Part shown: one piece after another, positions 27,901 through 36,142 of the stretch
Layout of the letters: every line of letters starts with the position of its first letter
Position numbering within the stretch: position 1 is the first letter of the stretch
Source: a virus
Length of the DNA stretch: 64,000 bases
IMG/VR virus record: IMGVR_UViG_3300030061_002429
Span: 1 to 64,000 of that record
Direction: 5' to 3' (one strand)
Translations under genes and position numbers: made by a program
The notes under the pieces: model-generated
Seen by the model: the letters and a program-made list of their open reading frames with translations, nothing else
What the model was told of the DNA's origin: nothing
The model's database searches: none

Positions 27901-30718
27901 AGAAGACCTCAAGAAAGCACATCGTATGTTGGTAACACAAGTTGCTCCAATGATTAAAGAGAAAATGCTTGAGGCTGACCCTACTGCTTTTGACCCAAAC
28001 GACCCGCAAAAATTTATTGACAACACTGCACGAATGTTCCGTGATGCACAACGATACATTACACACGTACCGCACGATGTACACGGATTACAAACACTTG
28101 GTTACGGTCTTTCATTTGACGATATAACATACGATAAACCCCCTGCAAATGGTAACTTCCATCAAAACGTAGCATCACATTTGCAAGAGCATGGATTCCA
28201 AGTAGACGGTAACATGAGTGTTGAAGAAGTGCTTGAAGCACTGGCATTACCAAAGACTCCTGAAATGAAAGAACATGCTCGTTCAATCATCGACAGGTCA
28301 AATGAAATGAACACACCATTGTTTGCTTCTACAGTCAATCAACTCCTAATGCATGGTAACATAACAGATTTGCACAACAGCGATATTTCACACCTTCACG
28401 ATGAAAGTATACTTGAACAAGATGATAAAGATTTGAACGACGCAATGCGTTTCTCAAAGTTGGCTCAAGAAAATGGGTATCATGGTGCGCTTGATACCAT
28501 TTATTCGGAAGTTAAGAAACCAAGTGCGTTCAAGTCATTCCCTCAATTACACTCATTACCACGTCGTGTAAAGCAACTTATGGGTGGTTCATTTACAGCA
28601 TTGGCTGATGCGAATGGATTGGAGATGATTGAAAACGATGTACATGGTGCTGAACAATACAAGCGTGGTTCATCAGGAAAAGGTCTTCCTCAAATCGCCG
28701 CTACGACACGAAACAACTTGGACACGATTTTGCATTACAATCCAATGGTTGAACAGGAAGGACGAATGGAACAACCTACAACTTCCATCAGTGCAAGACC
28801 CGGCATGACACAAGTACCTGTAGGTGCACCTAATCCTAATAATTACAGTATCTTTGATACGTTTGATGCAGGTGGACATCACGGTGGATGGCTTGCAAGA
28901 CCATCAGTTGGTGTTGAATTTACACCCGATGGTCAAATGGTAGCAGGTACGCAAGTCGAGGAAGGGTTGTACCATACTGTGCCACACGAACTTATCGACA
29001 TGGTTCATGGTAAAGATTTACGAGAACAAGTATGGGGTAACGCTCCACCACCAAGAGAAAGCAATCTACCTATCTTTGGTCTTGACCCTGAAACGTTCCT
29101 ACCAATCGGACAAGACCCAAACAAACTGGCTCTCAACGAAATGACGGAGTTTATTCAAGGAATGCTTAATCCTGATGAGTTGTTGATGAAAGAAGAAGAC
29201 CCACAGTGGACTCCTTTGATTCGTCCAATGCATCGCATCTTTGAGATGAGTGACTTAGAACACCTACGTGGATTTAGTGGTTCATGGGTCGTATCAAAGT
29301 GGTACGACGGCAAGCGTGTCATGCTTATCAAGAACGGTGATGAAGTCACTGCGTTGAATGAGAAGGGTAAGAAGGTCGGTCTTCGTAAGAACCACCGTGA
29401 AGCACTGGTGAAGGTAAGCGACAAAAACTACGCTATTGATGGAATTATGGGAGATGAAGACCTCAATATCATTGATATTATCAATTACGACAACAATGAC
29501 ATTAGCGACATGCTGTTGTTTGAGCGTGTCAAGATTCTTCGCTCACAATTTGAAAGCCACGAGAATGTCATTGTACCCGGACCGCACGATACGAAAATGA
29601 CAGACAGTGAGGGCTTGAAAGAATCAGTCAAGCGAATGCAAGATGACCACGATAACATCTTGTTGCGTGATTCTAAATCCACATACATGAAAGGTGAGTA
29701 TCGACATCCAAAGTGGATATTGTACCGACCGACTCGTGACTACAACTTCATTGTACTTGACCGACGAGGTAATGGACCGTACACATACCAATTGGGTGCA
29801 GGTCCACTGCTTGATGATGAAGGACTGCAAAACCGAGCCGTTACGATTGACGGTAAGCACTACATGGATATAGGTACAGCACGACGTGAGCAAAAGGCGT
29901 ACAAGGTTGGTGACATTGTACGAGTATCGGTAAGCGGTATTACCAAGAAAACTCGTGGTGAGAAAAACGTCTACACTGTACAGATTCGTCAAATCGAAGG
30001 TGAGGGTGAGGGTGAAGGTCCAGCGAGTACCGAGTCACTTGACTTGCTAACCAAAGGTTACCTACCTATCAATATCCCACACGACGTTGAATACGACGAA
30101 CATGGTTTACATGTTATTCTAAAGGACATTGATACAGTAACGTACCAAGTTGATGAAGTTGGTGATATGTGGTACGTTCATTCTCCAGTAAGTACAATGG
30201 GCGACTTGTACAAAAATGATTACAGTGTAACATTGGCTGAAAGCCTACAGCCGTTTTGGAGTCCACTTACACCGCTTTTGTTTAGCGGTCAATTGCAAAA
30301 GAAGTCAAAGGTTGAAGACCTTGAAATGCCAAAGAAACCATCACCAAAGCGTATTGAAGAGGGTTCAGTCGGTATTATCGAGGAAGACGACGAAGACCTA
30401 TTGCTCAAACCCGAAGACAAGAAAAAAGCATTAGAAGTTATTGTACGTACATTGGATAAACTTGCGAAAGAGCGTATGACGTGGACTGGACCAAGAGGTT
30501 TAGGTATTGATTTGGGAACTCCGATAGAATCACCTGCTGGACCAACTCAACTTACAGATGAAGAAAACTTACCTGATTATCATCCGAGAGTTGATGATAT
30601 TGAACCAAAGAAAAAGAAAAAACCGCAACACTTCAAGCCTGTTGAAACAGATACCGAAGAGGGTGAACACCTTAGTTTGGACTTCAAAGACGATGAACCT
30701 GTACTTTCCAAAGTATAG
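24974..30718 (+). CDS. large (about 1914 aa) head-module protein with degenerate ATP-dependent DNA ligase-like domain
   Basis: GGTGA RBS; SKWYDGKRV, AIDG, IIDII, ERVKIL, LLRDSKSTY, KWILYRP plus an OB-like region at about 29190-30055. Confidence 0.75.
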   Translation: MSYDQLDIASADLLKSLDDKLDLERNAAEYIIAWQSMQKAPSEVIYTSLYSIADAIIKEKEKGEDKFEYEYDTGTDTGAGLLLNTQDTQDDLTNHIWVDGLQRGKKNADHHSVWPVYRPTAGHPYKEYHFPFHPANHPLLRMHSVTGMPHFVEMLRAHTFGGYMDEEKEMEKDYLSELSKEKHPLLFGFKPETSDKTFKLLGSILQNGSMLSHQKDLYQRDFQRWKKQNTEREDEYRAMGMAPKDVFQKLREDHFEDRARQWVSEDTVLDDDYKIHATALGHHGYMLGLEWLSPEERTAVMKGIREGVDDNHLIELPNGQKIPSARFTHNAIMRKTPEMNWAVRSPRMLGRNASLRLEDNDTDYEASEAGRFLQSGMARGAHLPYGSNDESIADIILNEINELYGGMREDAGKGYKRRMKFLPRLNLHQTGELPELEWEQLKDAERAQFGKRTMKVDHTRLPIEDILYMAGFHPKTRELLSMHPVYGKMDGPLVPLDWIENIEEDASSSMNLQQQEKDIRKHLSFLKAAYGPAPSEDKPSYWRTSEDGRHTYGLGSFWSKPFQGMGGAGMTLPTYNEIIHATTSDDDSVSLLGEMHDFGGSSEKTVIVPNQNNVSLGAHFMPEHSQEHGQYDENAKKYVYHNEFKTIQNILSPSNVSRPVPSASSKSGYKEGKTSKNNFTEHKSSLSAPYEYAIRHMTDGERKDLFENQPHLKAFNSVLTRNPFIHHGSYRNYAPYGSDKHIVNNAQDTHKQIMQLGRFNHLNNPTEKSVISFNDFIRDAQPVSGGETTEDMLAYLGWGVPSPSFGKVKNYLQSSEQREGLRFLTEISKTIQSTNPKAILEYLEKEDFEDLYQRLGFNKNETAPIKQIVDNFLDDVLISLSNSSRSFKHKKPTLLDAVTSGLSFGGALPAFEKEEKLQEEVDDLNQRMVEADDIDKPLIQQQLSQKVAELTSLQQQAIESTQGKMTTHWKIDQGNEEDLKKAHRMLVTQVAPMIKEKMLEADPTAFDPNDPQKFIDNTARMFRDAQRYITHVPHDVHGLQTLGYGLSFDDITYDKPPANGNFHQNVASHLQEHGFQVDGNMSVEEVLEALALPKTPEMKEHARSIIDRSNEMNTPLFASTVNQLLMHGNITDLHNSDISHLHDESILEQDDKDLNDAMRFSKLAQENGYHGALDTIYSEVKKPSAFKSFPQLHSLPRRVKQLMGGSFTALADANGLEMIENDVHGAEQYKRGSSGKGLPQIAATTRNNLDTILHYNPMVEQEGRMEQPTTSISARPGMTQVPVGAPNPNNYSIFDTFDAGGHHGGWLARPSVGVEFTPDGQMVAGTQVEEGLYHTVPHELIDMVHGKDLREQVWGNAPPPRESNLPIFGLDPETFLPIGQDPNKLALNEMTEFIQGMLNPDELLMKEEDPQWTPLIRPMHRIFEMSDLEHLRGFSGSWVVSKWYDGKRVMLIKNGDEVTALNEKGKKVGLRKNHREALVKVSDKNYAIDGIMGDEDLNIIDIINYDNNDISDMLLFERVKILRSQFESHENVIVPGPHDTKMTDSEGLKESVKRMQDDHDNILLRDSKSTYMKGEYRHPKWILYRPTRDYNFIVLDRRGNGPYTYQLGAGPLLDDEGLQNRAVTIDGKHYMDIGTARREQKAYKVGDIVRVSVSGITKKTRGEKNVYTVQIRQIEGEGEGEGPASTESLDLLTKGYLPINIPHDVEYDEHGLHVILKDIDTVTYQVDEVGDMWYVHSPVSTMGDLYKNDYSVTLAESLQPFWSPLTPLLFSGQLQKKSKVEDLEMPKKPSPKRIEEGSVGIIEEDDEDLLLKPEDKKKALEVIVRTLDKLAKERMTWTGPRGLGIDLGTPIESPAGPTQLTDEENLPDYHPRVDDIEPKKKKKPQHFKPVETDTEEGEHLSLDFKDDEPVLSKV

Positions 30719-30724
30719 TACGGG

Positions 30725-30732
30725 TTTAAATA
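30725..30732 (+). promoter_or_regulatory. putative archaeal TATA box for the protease/capsid operon
   Basis: TTTAAATA ending 25 nt before ATG 30757, no RBS; fits a leaderless archaeal transcript. Confidence 0.55.
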
Positions 30733-30756
30733 TGGTTACAAAGAATTGTTAGTTCA

Positions 30757-32133
30757 ATGCTGACGCTAAAGCGACCTTCTATGGACATCGCTCTCCTCAA
30801 GAGTGGTTCCGACTTGGTTGTAGCAGGTTATGCATCGGTCGAACTTGTCGATAAGCAAGGCGACCTTATTACTCGTGGTGCACTTAAAGACGCATTTGAC
30901 GGGTTCATGAAGAGTGAGAAGTACCGCAACGTACAACTCGCTCACTCAAACATCCAAGTCGGTGAAGTCTTGGATTCTTACGTAGACAGCAATGGCCGAA
31001 TGTGGAAGTCCGAATGTGACGACACAGGCATGTTTGTTGTTGTTCAACTCCGCAATGATATTGAGAAGGCTCGTGAAGTAGCCGCCGAGATTCGCAAGGG
31101 TAACCTTCGTGGATTTTCAATTGGAGGACAAGCATTCAAGCGAGTGCGAAAGTCTGACAACATTAAAGGCGATTACCAAGAGATTTCAAAAATGGAATTG
31201 CACGAAATTACGATTTGTGAGAAGGGAATTAACCCTGAAGCACAGTTCAGTATACTAAAGGAGGACACAAATATGACAAGTGAAGTTGATTTGAACAGCG
31301 TTATGGAACGATTAGAAGCCCGACTTGATGCAATGGAAAAGGGAGAAATTCCTCCTCAACTCCGTGAGCACATCAAGGATAAAAAAGATGACGAGCCAAA
31401 AGAAGAAAAGAAAGATGGTGAAGACATGAAAGAAGAAAAAGACAGTGACGACAAAGCATACATGAAGAGTGAAAATTTTGGCGATGTAATTACATCCGAA
31501 TATCTTGACTGGATGGAAAACACATTGAAGTCTGCTGGAGTTGATACAATGGCGGCTCGTGCTCACTTCGATGATGTGGCTAAGGCTCAACTTGGTGGAT
31601 TTGATAATCCTGACTCCGTTGACGGTGCTGACTACTTTGCTGGTCAAGTCCGTGGCCGAGGACAAGAAAATGGCAGTCCATCTACTGGTGCGCTTTCAGC
31701 CCTCACCTCCGGTGGTGGCAAGCAACCATCAGGTGCACTTGGACCAGTTTCAATGTCTAAGGGTTACCTCAATGAAGGCAACGTTTCTTCATCCGACATC
31801 GAGAATGCATACGAAGTCTACAAGGCAGCATCTCTTGAACAAAACTTCCGAAACAATTTGGAAGCAAACTTTTCCCAGCGACTTGCAAAGGAACTCGAAA
31901 TCGAGAAGCAAGAAGCAGAACGAAGCACTTTTGACGCTCGTGGACCACTTACAGAAGTCCTCAAGTCAATCGAGAACCTCTCCGAGCGTATTGATAACTT
32001 GAACACTGAAAGTCACACAATCGCAAAATCTGTTTCCTCCGCTAATGTTGAGATACCATCAACCCAAGACTTGGGTAACATGTCATGGGATGAGGTGCAC
32101 AACCTTGCAAGCAAAACGTTGAGGGGAGCCTGA
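30757..32133 (+). CDS. prohead protease fused to scaffold region
   Basis: GYASVELVDKQGD, LAH, GFSIGG and HEITI match HK97-type maturation proteases; acidic coiled-coil C-terminal half; directly upstream of the MCP. Confidence 0.92.
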   Translation: MLTLKRPSMDIALLKSGSDLVVAGYASVELVDKQGDLITRGALKDAFDGFMKSEKYRNVQLAHSNIQVGEVLDSYVDSNGRMWKSECDDTGMFVVVQLRNDIEKAREVAAEIRKGNLRGFSIGGQAFKRVRKSDNIKGDYQEISKMELHEITICEKGINPEAQFSILKEDTNMTSEVDLNSVMERLEARLDAMEKGEIPPQLREHIKDKKDDEPKEEKKDGEDMKEEKDSDDKAYMKSENFGDVITSEYLDWMENTLKSAGVDTMAARAHFDDVAKAQLGGFDNPDSVDGADYFAGQVRGRGQENGSPSTGALSALTSGGGKQPSGALGPVSMSKGYLNEGNVSSSDIENAYEVYKAASLEQNFRNNLEANFSQRLAKELEIEKQEAERSTFDARGPLTEVLKSIENLSERIDNLNTESHTIAKSVSSANVEIPSTQDLGNMSWDEVHNLASKTLRGA

Positions 32134-32151
32134 AATTAGGAGTTGAACAAT

Positions 32152-33252
32152 ATGGCAAGAGATTACATCAGAAGCATTACAGACATGGAACGATATTATT
32201 ATGGCGCAGGTAACGCTATGGGTTACTCCTACTCCGGTAGCGAGTTGCTCAAGGCTGACGCACCTATGCTGTCTACGACCGCAGGTACATACCAAGCAAT
32301 CTACGGACGCAAGGTTTGGAGCCAGTTGAACCAAGAGTTTAACGCTTTCTCCATTCTACCAAAGCGACCTTGGGAGCGCAGTGGATGGCGAGTCATCACC
32401 GCACGACCTTCCTTCGCAAAGGGTGGCGGTGTTGCTGAAAACGCTACACTACCTGACACAACCAAGCCTACCTTCCAGCACATTGCGGCCAAGCCAAAGA
32501 CGATTGTCCACACATTCGACATGAGCGAAACCGCAATGTTCCTTGCTGACAAGGACGATGGACTTGGTGACATCCGTTCTATCCTTAAGGAAGAGATGGG
32601 TAAGCACCACGCTGAACACATCAACAAGATGATGACTGCTGACAAGGGAACTGTTGCAGGGAACGATTTCGAGTCCCTCGACCGTGTTACCACTGGTGCA
32701 TCCGCATCCGCAAACGAGGACATGTACAGCATTGACCGAAGTGCAAACTCTTGGTCCCTCGCTGAACACAATGTAGACGCTGGTGGCGACCGTGTTCTTT
32801 CACTCGACCACCTTGACGACCTCTTCCAAAAGATTTGGACTCGTGGTGGTAACCCGAAGGTTATCCTTACTGGATATGACACACTCATGCGTCTACAGCA
32901 ACTCCTCCAGTCGCAACAGCGATTCATGGAAGAGAAGCGTGTCACCCCTACCTACAACGGTGTAAAGGGTGTACCCGGTATCGAGGCAGGTTTCATCGTT
33001 GCTACATACAACGGTGTCCCAATCATTCCTTCCAAGGATGTACAACCTGACTCTCTAAGTCGTATGTACTTCCTCGACACTGACTACCTTTACTTCTCCA
33101 CTGCAATCCCAACGCAATACTTTGAGTCCGGAATTGAAACTGGCGACCCATTCGCTATCAACCGTCTTGGACAAGAAGGTATGTACCGCACAATGGGAGA
33201 ACTTTGGACCACTTTCTTTGGAGGTCACGGTTCCATTCGGGATTTGAAGTGA
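32152..33252 (+). CDS. major capsid protein (HK97 fold)
   Basis: Position after the protease; GGVAENATLP, PKTIVH, YNGVPIIPSKDV, MYFLD; strong codon bias; AGGAG RBS. Confidence 0.92.
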   Translation: MARDYIRSITDMERYYYGAGNAMGYSYSGSELLKADAPMLSTTAGTYQAIYGRKVWSQLNQEFNAFSILPKRPWERSGWRVITARPSFAKGGGVAENATLPDTTKPTFQHIAAKPKTIVHTFDMSETAMFLADKDDGLGDIRSILKEEMGKHHAEHINKMMTADKGTVAGNDFESLDRVTTGASASANEDMYSIDRSANSWSLAEHNVDAGGDRVLSLDHLDDLFQKIWTRGGNPKVILTGYDTLMRLQQLLQSQQRFMEEKRVTPTYNGVKGVPGIEAGFIVATYNGVPIIPSKDVQPDSLSRMYFLDTDYLYFSTAIPTQYFESGIETGDPFAINRLGQEGMYRTMGELWTTFFGGHGSIRDLK

Positions 33253-33281
33253 GGAGAAAAAAAATACGGAGATGATGAAAT

Positions 33282-33731
33282 ATGGCTGGACCTTACTACA
33301 ACAAAGGATTGAAATTTACTGTAGCACCTGATGCAAACTTAGCGTCGTTGGTTGTTGCAGTTGACTTGGACATGCGAACCGGTTCACCGGTCGATGAAAC
33401 ACGATGGTTGGATGGAGCAAATGGTGCATCGGGTGACTACCCCGGTAAACTTGATGGTTTCCTCGCAACCAACAACGACGATACCAACCGAGCAGGTGGC
33501 TCAATGCGAATGCTTACTCTTGAATTGGGTGCTGTAACGACTGCACCCGCTATCATTACGATTTCAAGCGGTGCAGAAGGCGTTGGTGATGACCTCGATG
33601 ATGGTACACCTGTAAGCAAGATTGTTGGAATTATCGGACAATCAGGTGCTTCGTCGGTTACAAAGACTGGTGACCTTCAACTTACTGCGGCAGTTGCAAC
33701 TGCTGGGACGGTAACACTGCTACTCATTTGA
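33282..33731 (+). CDS. putative capsid decoration or minor structural protein
   Basis: Immediately after the MCP; small, G/A/T-rich, beta-type composition. Confidence 0.5.
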   Translation: MAGPYYNKGLKFTVAPDANLASLVVAVDLDMRTGSPVDETRWLDGANGASGDYPGKLDGFLATNNDDTNRAGGSMRMLTLELGAVTTAPAIITISSGAEGVGDDLDDGTPVSKIVGIIGQSGASSVTKTGDLQLTAAVATAGTVTLLLI

Positions 33732-33742
33732 GGTTGTTTTCT

Positions 33743-34105
33743 ATGCCCACGGTGACCTACCTCGGTCCTTACTATGAACGACGTGCTCGACACGGTTCAG
33801 GTTCTTGGATTCGTGGTGAAACTATCGAAGTCACTCAAGAGTGGCTCAATGAGTGGCGAAATACGCTACCGTTGAGCCACTTTCGACTTGAAGGTGACGA
33901 AGGGGTAACCGTGGACGGTGGGAATGATGGAATCCCTGACTCCGGATGGAGTCGAAAGGATATACTCAATTGGTTGGATGAACAAAACGTTGATACACCA
34001 AATGGGTACATGACCAAAACGAAGGCACTTGAACTCGTTGAGGCGCATCTAAACCCGTCCGAGGAAGAGGAAGCAACAGAAGAAATTACAGGAGATGAAG
34101 AATAA
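33743..34105 (+). CDS. hypothetical protein with HeH/LEM-like helical module
   Basis: GAGGT RBS; WSRKDILNWLDEQNV...TKTKALELV. Confidence 0.55.
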   Translation: MPTVTYLGPYYERRARHGSGSWIRGETIEVTQEWLNEWRNTLPLSHFRLEGDEGVTVDGGNDGIPDSGWSRKDILNWLDEQNVDTPNGYMTKTKALELVEAHLNPSEEEEATEEITGDEE

Positions 34106-34332
34106 TGGCAGTAACAATTGACCCACGACCAACCGTTTTTGGCGACCGAGTTATAATCACTGGTAGTACCGATGGCGCAGAAGCAATTGATTTGAGCAGT
34201 TTGCTCGCTTCAATTGATGGCGCAATGGTAAATGCAGTAGGTAGTGCCGCTACCGTAACTCACGGAATCAGCGATACAACACTCAATGTCGGTGGCGCAT
34301 GTACATTTGTAGCAATGGGTCGTCGCTCTTGA
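34105..34332 (+). CDS. small putative virion protein
   Basis: Coupled ORF, 75 aa, GGAG RBS. Confidence 0.65.
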   Translation: MAVTIDPRPTVFGDRVIITGSTDGAEAIDLSSLLASIDGAMVNAVGSAATVTHGISDTTLNVGGACTFVAMGRRS

Positions 34333-34343
34333 GGTGACGACAC

Positions 34344-34547
34344 ATGGCATCACTAACCAAGGTTGGTTCAAAGATTATTGGACCTCTTTCACCAAAAGAG
34401 TTCAGTGACTTGAGCACATTAGAAACGACCATCGACACCGCTATTCAAGCGGTAAACGATGCGAGTGCAACCAACGCAGTGCTCGGTACTGAATGCATTA
34501 CGGTGCTTGGTAACACGTTTATCGTTGTCCTCTACCAACTCTCTTGA
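34344..34547 (+). CDS. small hypothetical protein
   Basis: GAGGTGA RBS, 67 aa. Confidence 0.65.
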   Translation: MASLTKVGSKIIGPLSPKEFSDLSTLETTIDTAIQAVNDASATNAVLGTECITVLGNTFIVVLYQLS

Positions 34548-34556
34548 GGTGAGTAG

Positions 34557-34847
34557 GTGGGCTTTGAAGTACGCAACATTGACTTGAGCGACATGGCTCG
34601 TGCCAACAAAGAAGGCGTACGCTTCGACGTGAGTAACGTAGCCGACAAAAAAGACAGTCCCTTAGCGGGGGTGACGAGTGCTCAACGCAACCGTAATCGT
34701 CATATCGGTGATGTGCTTAACATCGGAGCAGGGACACGTTGCAAGCATTGTGGCTTTCTTCACTTCCTGTGGAGAGAAACCTGCGGGGCTTGCGACAAAC
34801 CTATGGAATACAACTTAGGCCATCGAGATGAAACCAAACGAGCGTGA
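34557..34847 (+). CDS. Zn-ribbon protein
   Basis: GAGGTGA RBS, GTG start; CKHCG...CGAC. Confidence 0.7.
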   Translation: MGFEVRNIDLSDMARANKEGVRFDVSNVADKKDSPLAGVTSAQRNRNRHIGDVLNIGAGTRCKHCGFLHFLWRETCGACDKPMEYNLGHRDETKRA

Positions 34848-34851
34848 TACT

Positions 34852-35034
34852 ATGAAACCAATCGAAAAAGCATGGAGAGTTTTGAAAGCCGATGAATGGG
34901 ATATAGTTGACCATACCTGTAGGAGATGTGGAGGAAACTTCAAAACAGTAGCATCGCACCCACGTCCTGAAAATGATTGTCCTCATTGTAGAGCGTATAG
35001 GGAATCTCCTGATTTTGACCCATTTGACTATTGA
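34852..35034 (+). CDS. tagged Zn-ribbon microprotein
   Basis: MKPIEKAWRVLK then CRRCGG...CPHC. Confidence 0.65.
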   Translation: MKPIEKAWRVLKADEWDIVDHTCRRCGGNFKTVASHPRPENDCPHCRAYRESPDFDPFDY

Positions 35035-35046
35035 GAAGGTGATTTA

Positions 35047-35823
35047 ATGAGTAAAGTATTTGTTAAAGCAGTAGCACCACACCGACAAAAAGTGTTGCAG
35101 GGCGACAAAGAGTTCCGCTTACAACAAGTTGCAAACCGAATGATGGCTGACCAAATGCGTCAAGGCGGTCAAAGCCCTACTGGTGACATGTTTACACAAG
35201 GCCGTGACAAACTCATGAGGGACATGGTGATGAATCCTGAAGCCCACAACATCAAATTCTTGGGCGAAAGAGTACCCTTTGAGGGGCAAACTTTGGGAAG
35301 TTCGCTTAGTGAGCCTGATGTAGCAGGTGAGCAAGCGGCTATTGATGCTGAATTTAGAGATGGTGACATACATCCAAAATTGGATGATGGTGACCCTAAA
35401 GTACAACAGTGGCAATCATCAAAAGACCCATCTGAACCTCCTACGCCAAAAACTGCACAAGACAAACTACTTTCTGAAATTCTTGACGAAAAGGGCAACC
35501 TAAAGCCTGACAATCAGTTCATGGATATGGAAGAAGATGATATGCACGATGAAGCACTGGCTGATTGGGAAGCACGACAAGATGACATTGATTTTGCTCG
35601 TAAGGAAGGACATACCGAAGGATTTGAAGGTAAACCATATCACGAAATAGAACAAGAAGAATTAAATGCTGATAAAGAAAATTTTTACGCTAAATTCCCG
35701 CATTTAAAACCAAAAGATGACGACCGCCCACAAAGCGAGGACGACCTTATGGACCGTATGGCTCGAAAGGCTGTACACCACATCAGCAGTTTCCGTGATG
35801 CTTGGAGTGTATTGAAATCGTGA
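35047..35823 (+). CDS. acidic protein with tags at both ends
   Basis: AGGTGA RBS; MSKVFVK/A at the N-terminus and SFRDAWSVLKS at the C-terminus. Confidence 0.7.
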   Translation: MSKVFVKAVAPHRQKVLQGDKEFRLQQVANRMMADQMRQGGQSPTGDMFTQGRDKLMRDMVMNPEAHNIKFLGERVPFEGQTLGSSLSEPDVAGEQAAIDAEFRDGDIHPKLDDGDPKVQQWQSSKDPSEPPTPKTAQDKLLSEILDEKGNLKPDNQFMDMEEDDMHDEALADWEARQDDIDFARKEGHTEGFEGKPYHEIEQEELNADKENFYAKFPHLKPKDDDRPQSEDDLMDRMARKAVHHISSFRDAWSVLKS

Positions 35824-35836
35824 GGGAGGGTAATGT

Positions 35837-36142
35837 ATGCCAGTAGTATTTTCAAACATGACTCCTTTCAATATAGCATGGAGTATCTTGAAATATAGTA
35901 GACCTTTTGATGAACTTCTAAACGCCTATGCTGAACATCCTTTTTTTAATCATCCCGAAAATACATCTTATAGAGAGTTAATGGAATACCTTGAAGATAT
36001 TAAAGGTCAAGAAATAACTCCCGAAATAGATGATGATAGGCGTTTTTCAGCAAAAATGGCATTGGAACATGCTGAACATCTTGATGGAGTGCATCAAGGA
36101 CTTCATGATGATGACGGCAACCCATTAAGAGGGGAGAGATAA
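35837..36142 (+). CDS. tagged acidic protein inserted at the adaptor gene start
   Basis: MPVVFS duplicate of the next gene's start, then MTPFNIAWSILK at 35858. Confidence 0.7.
   Translation: MPVVFSNMTPFNIAWSILKYSRPFDELLNAYAEHPFFNHPENTSYRELMEYLEDIKGQEITPEIDDDRRFSAKMALEHAEHLDGVHQGLHDDDGNPLRGER

Noticed and set aside
24974-30718. Annotating as a functional DNA ligase (lig)
   Set aside because: Catalytic motif lysines are displaced or missing, and the domain is only about 15 percent of the protein
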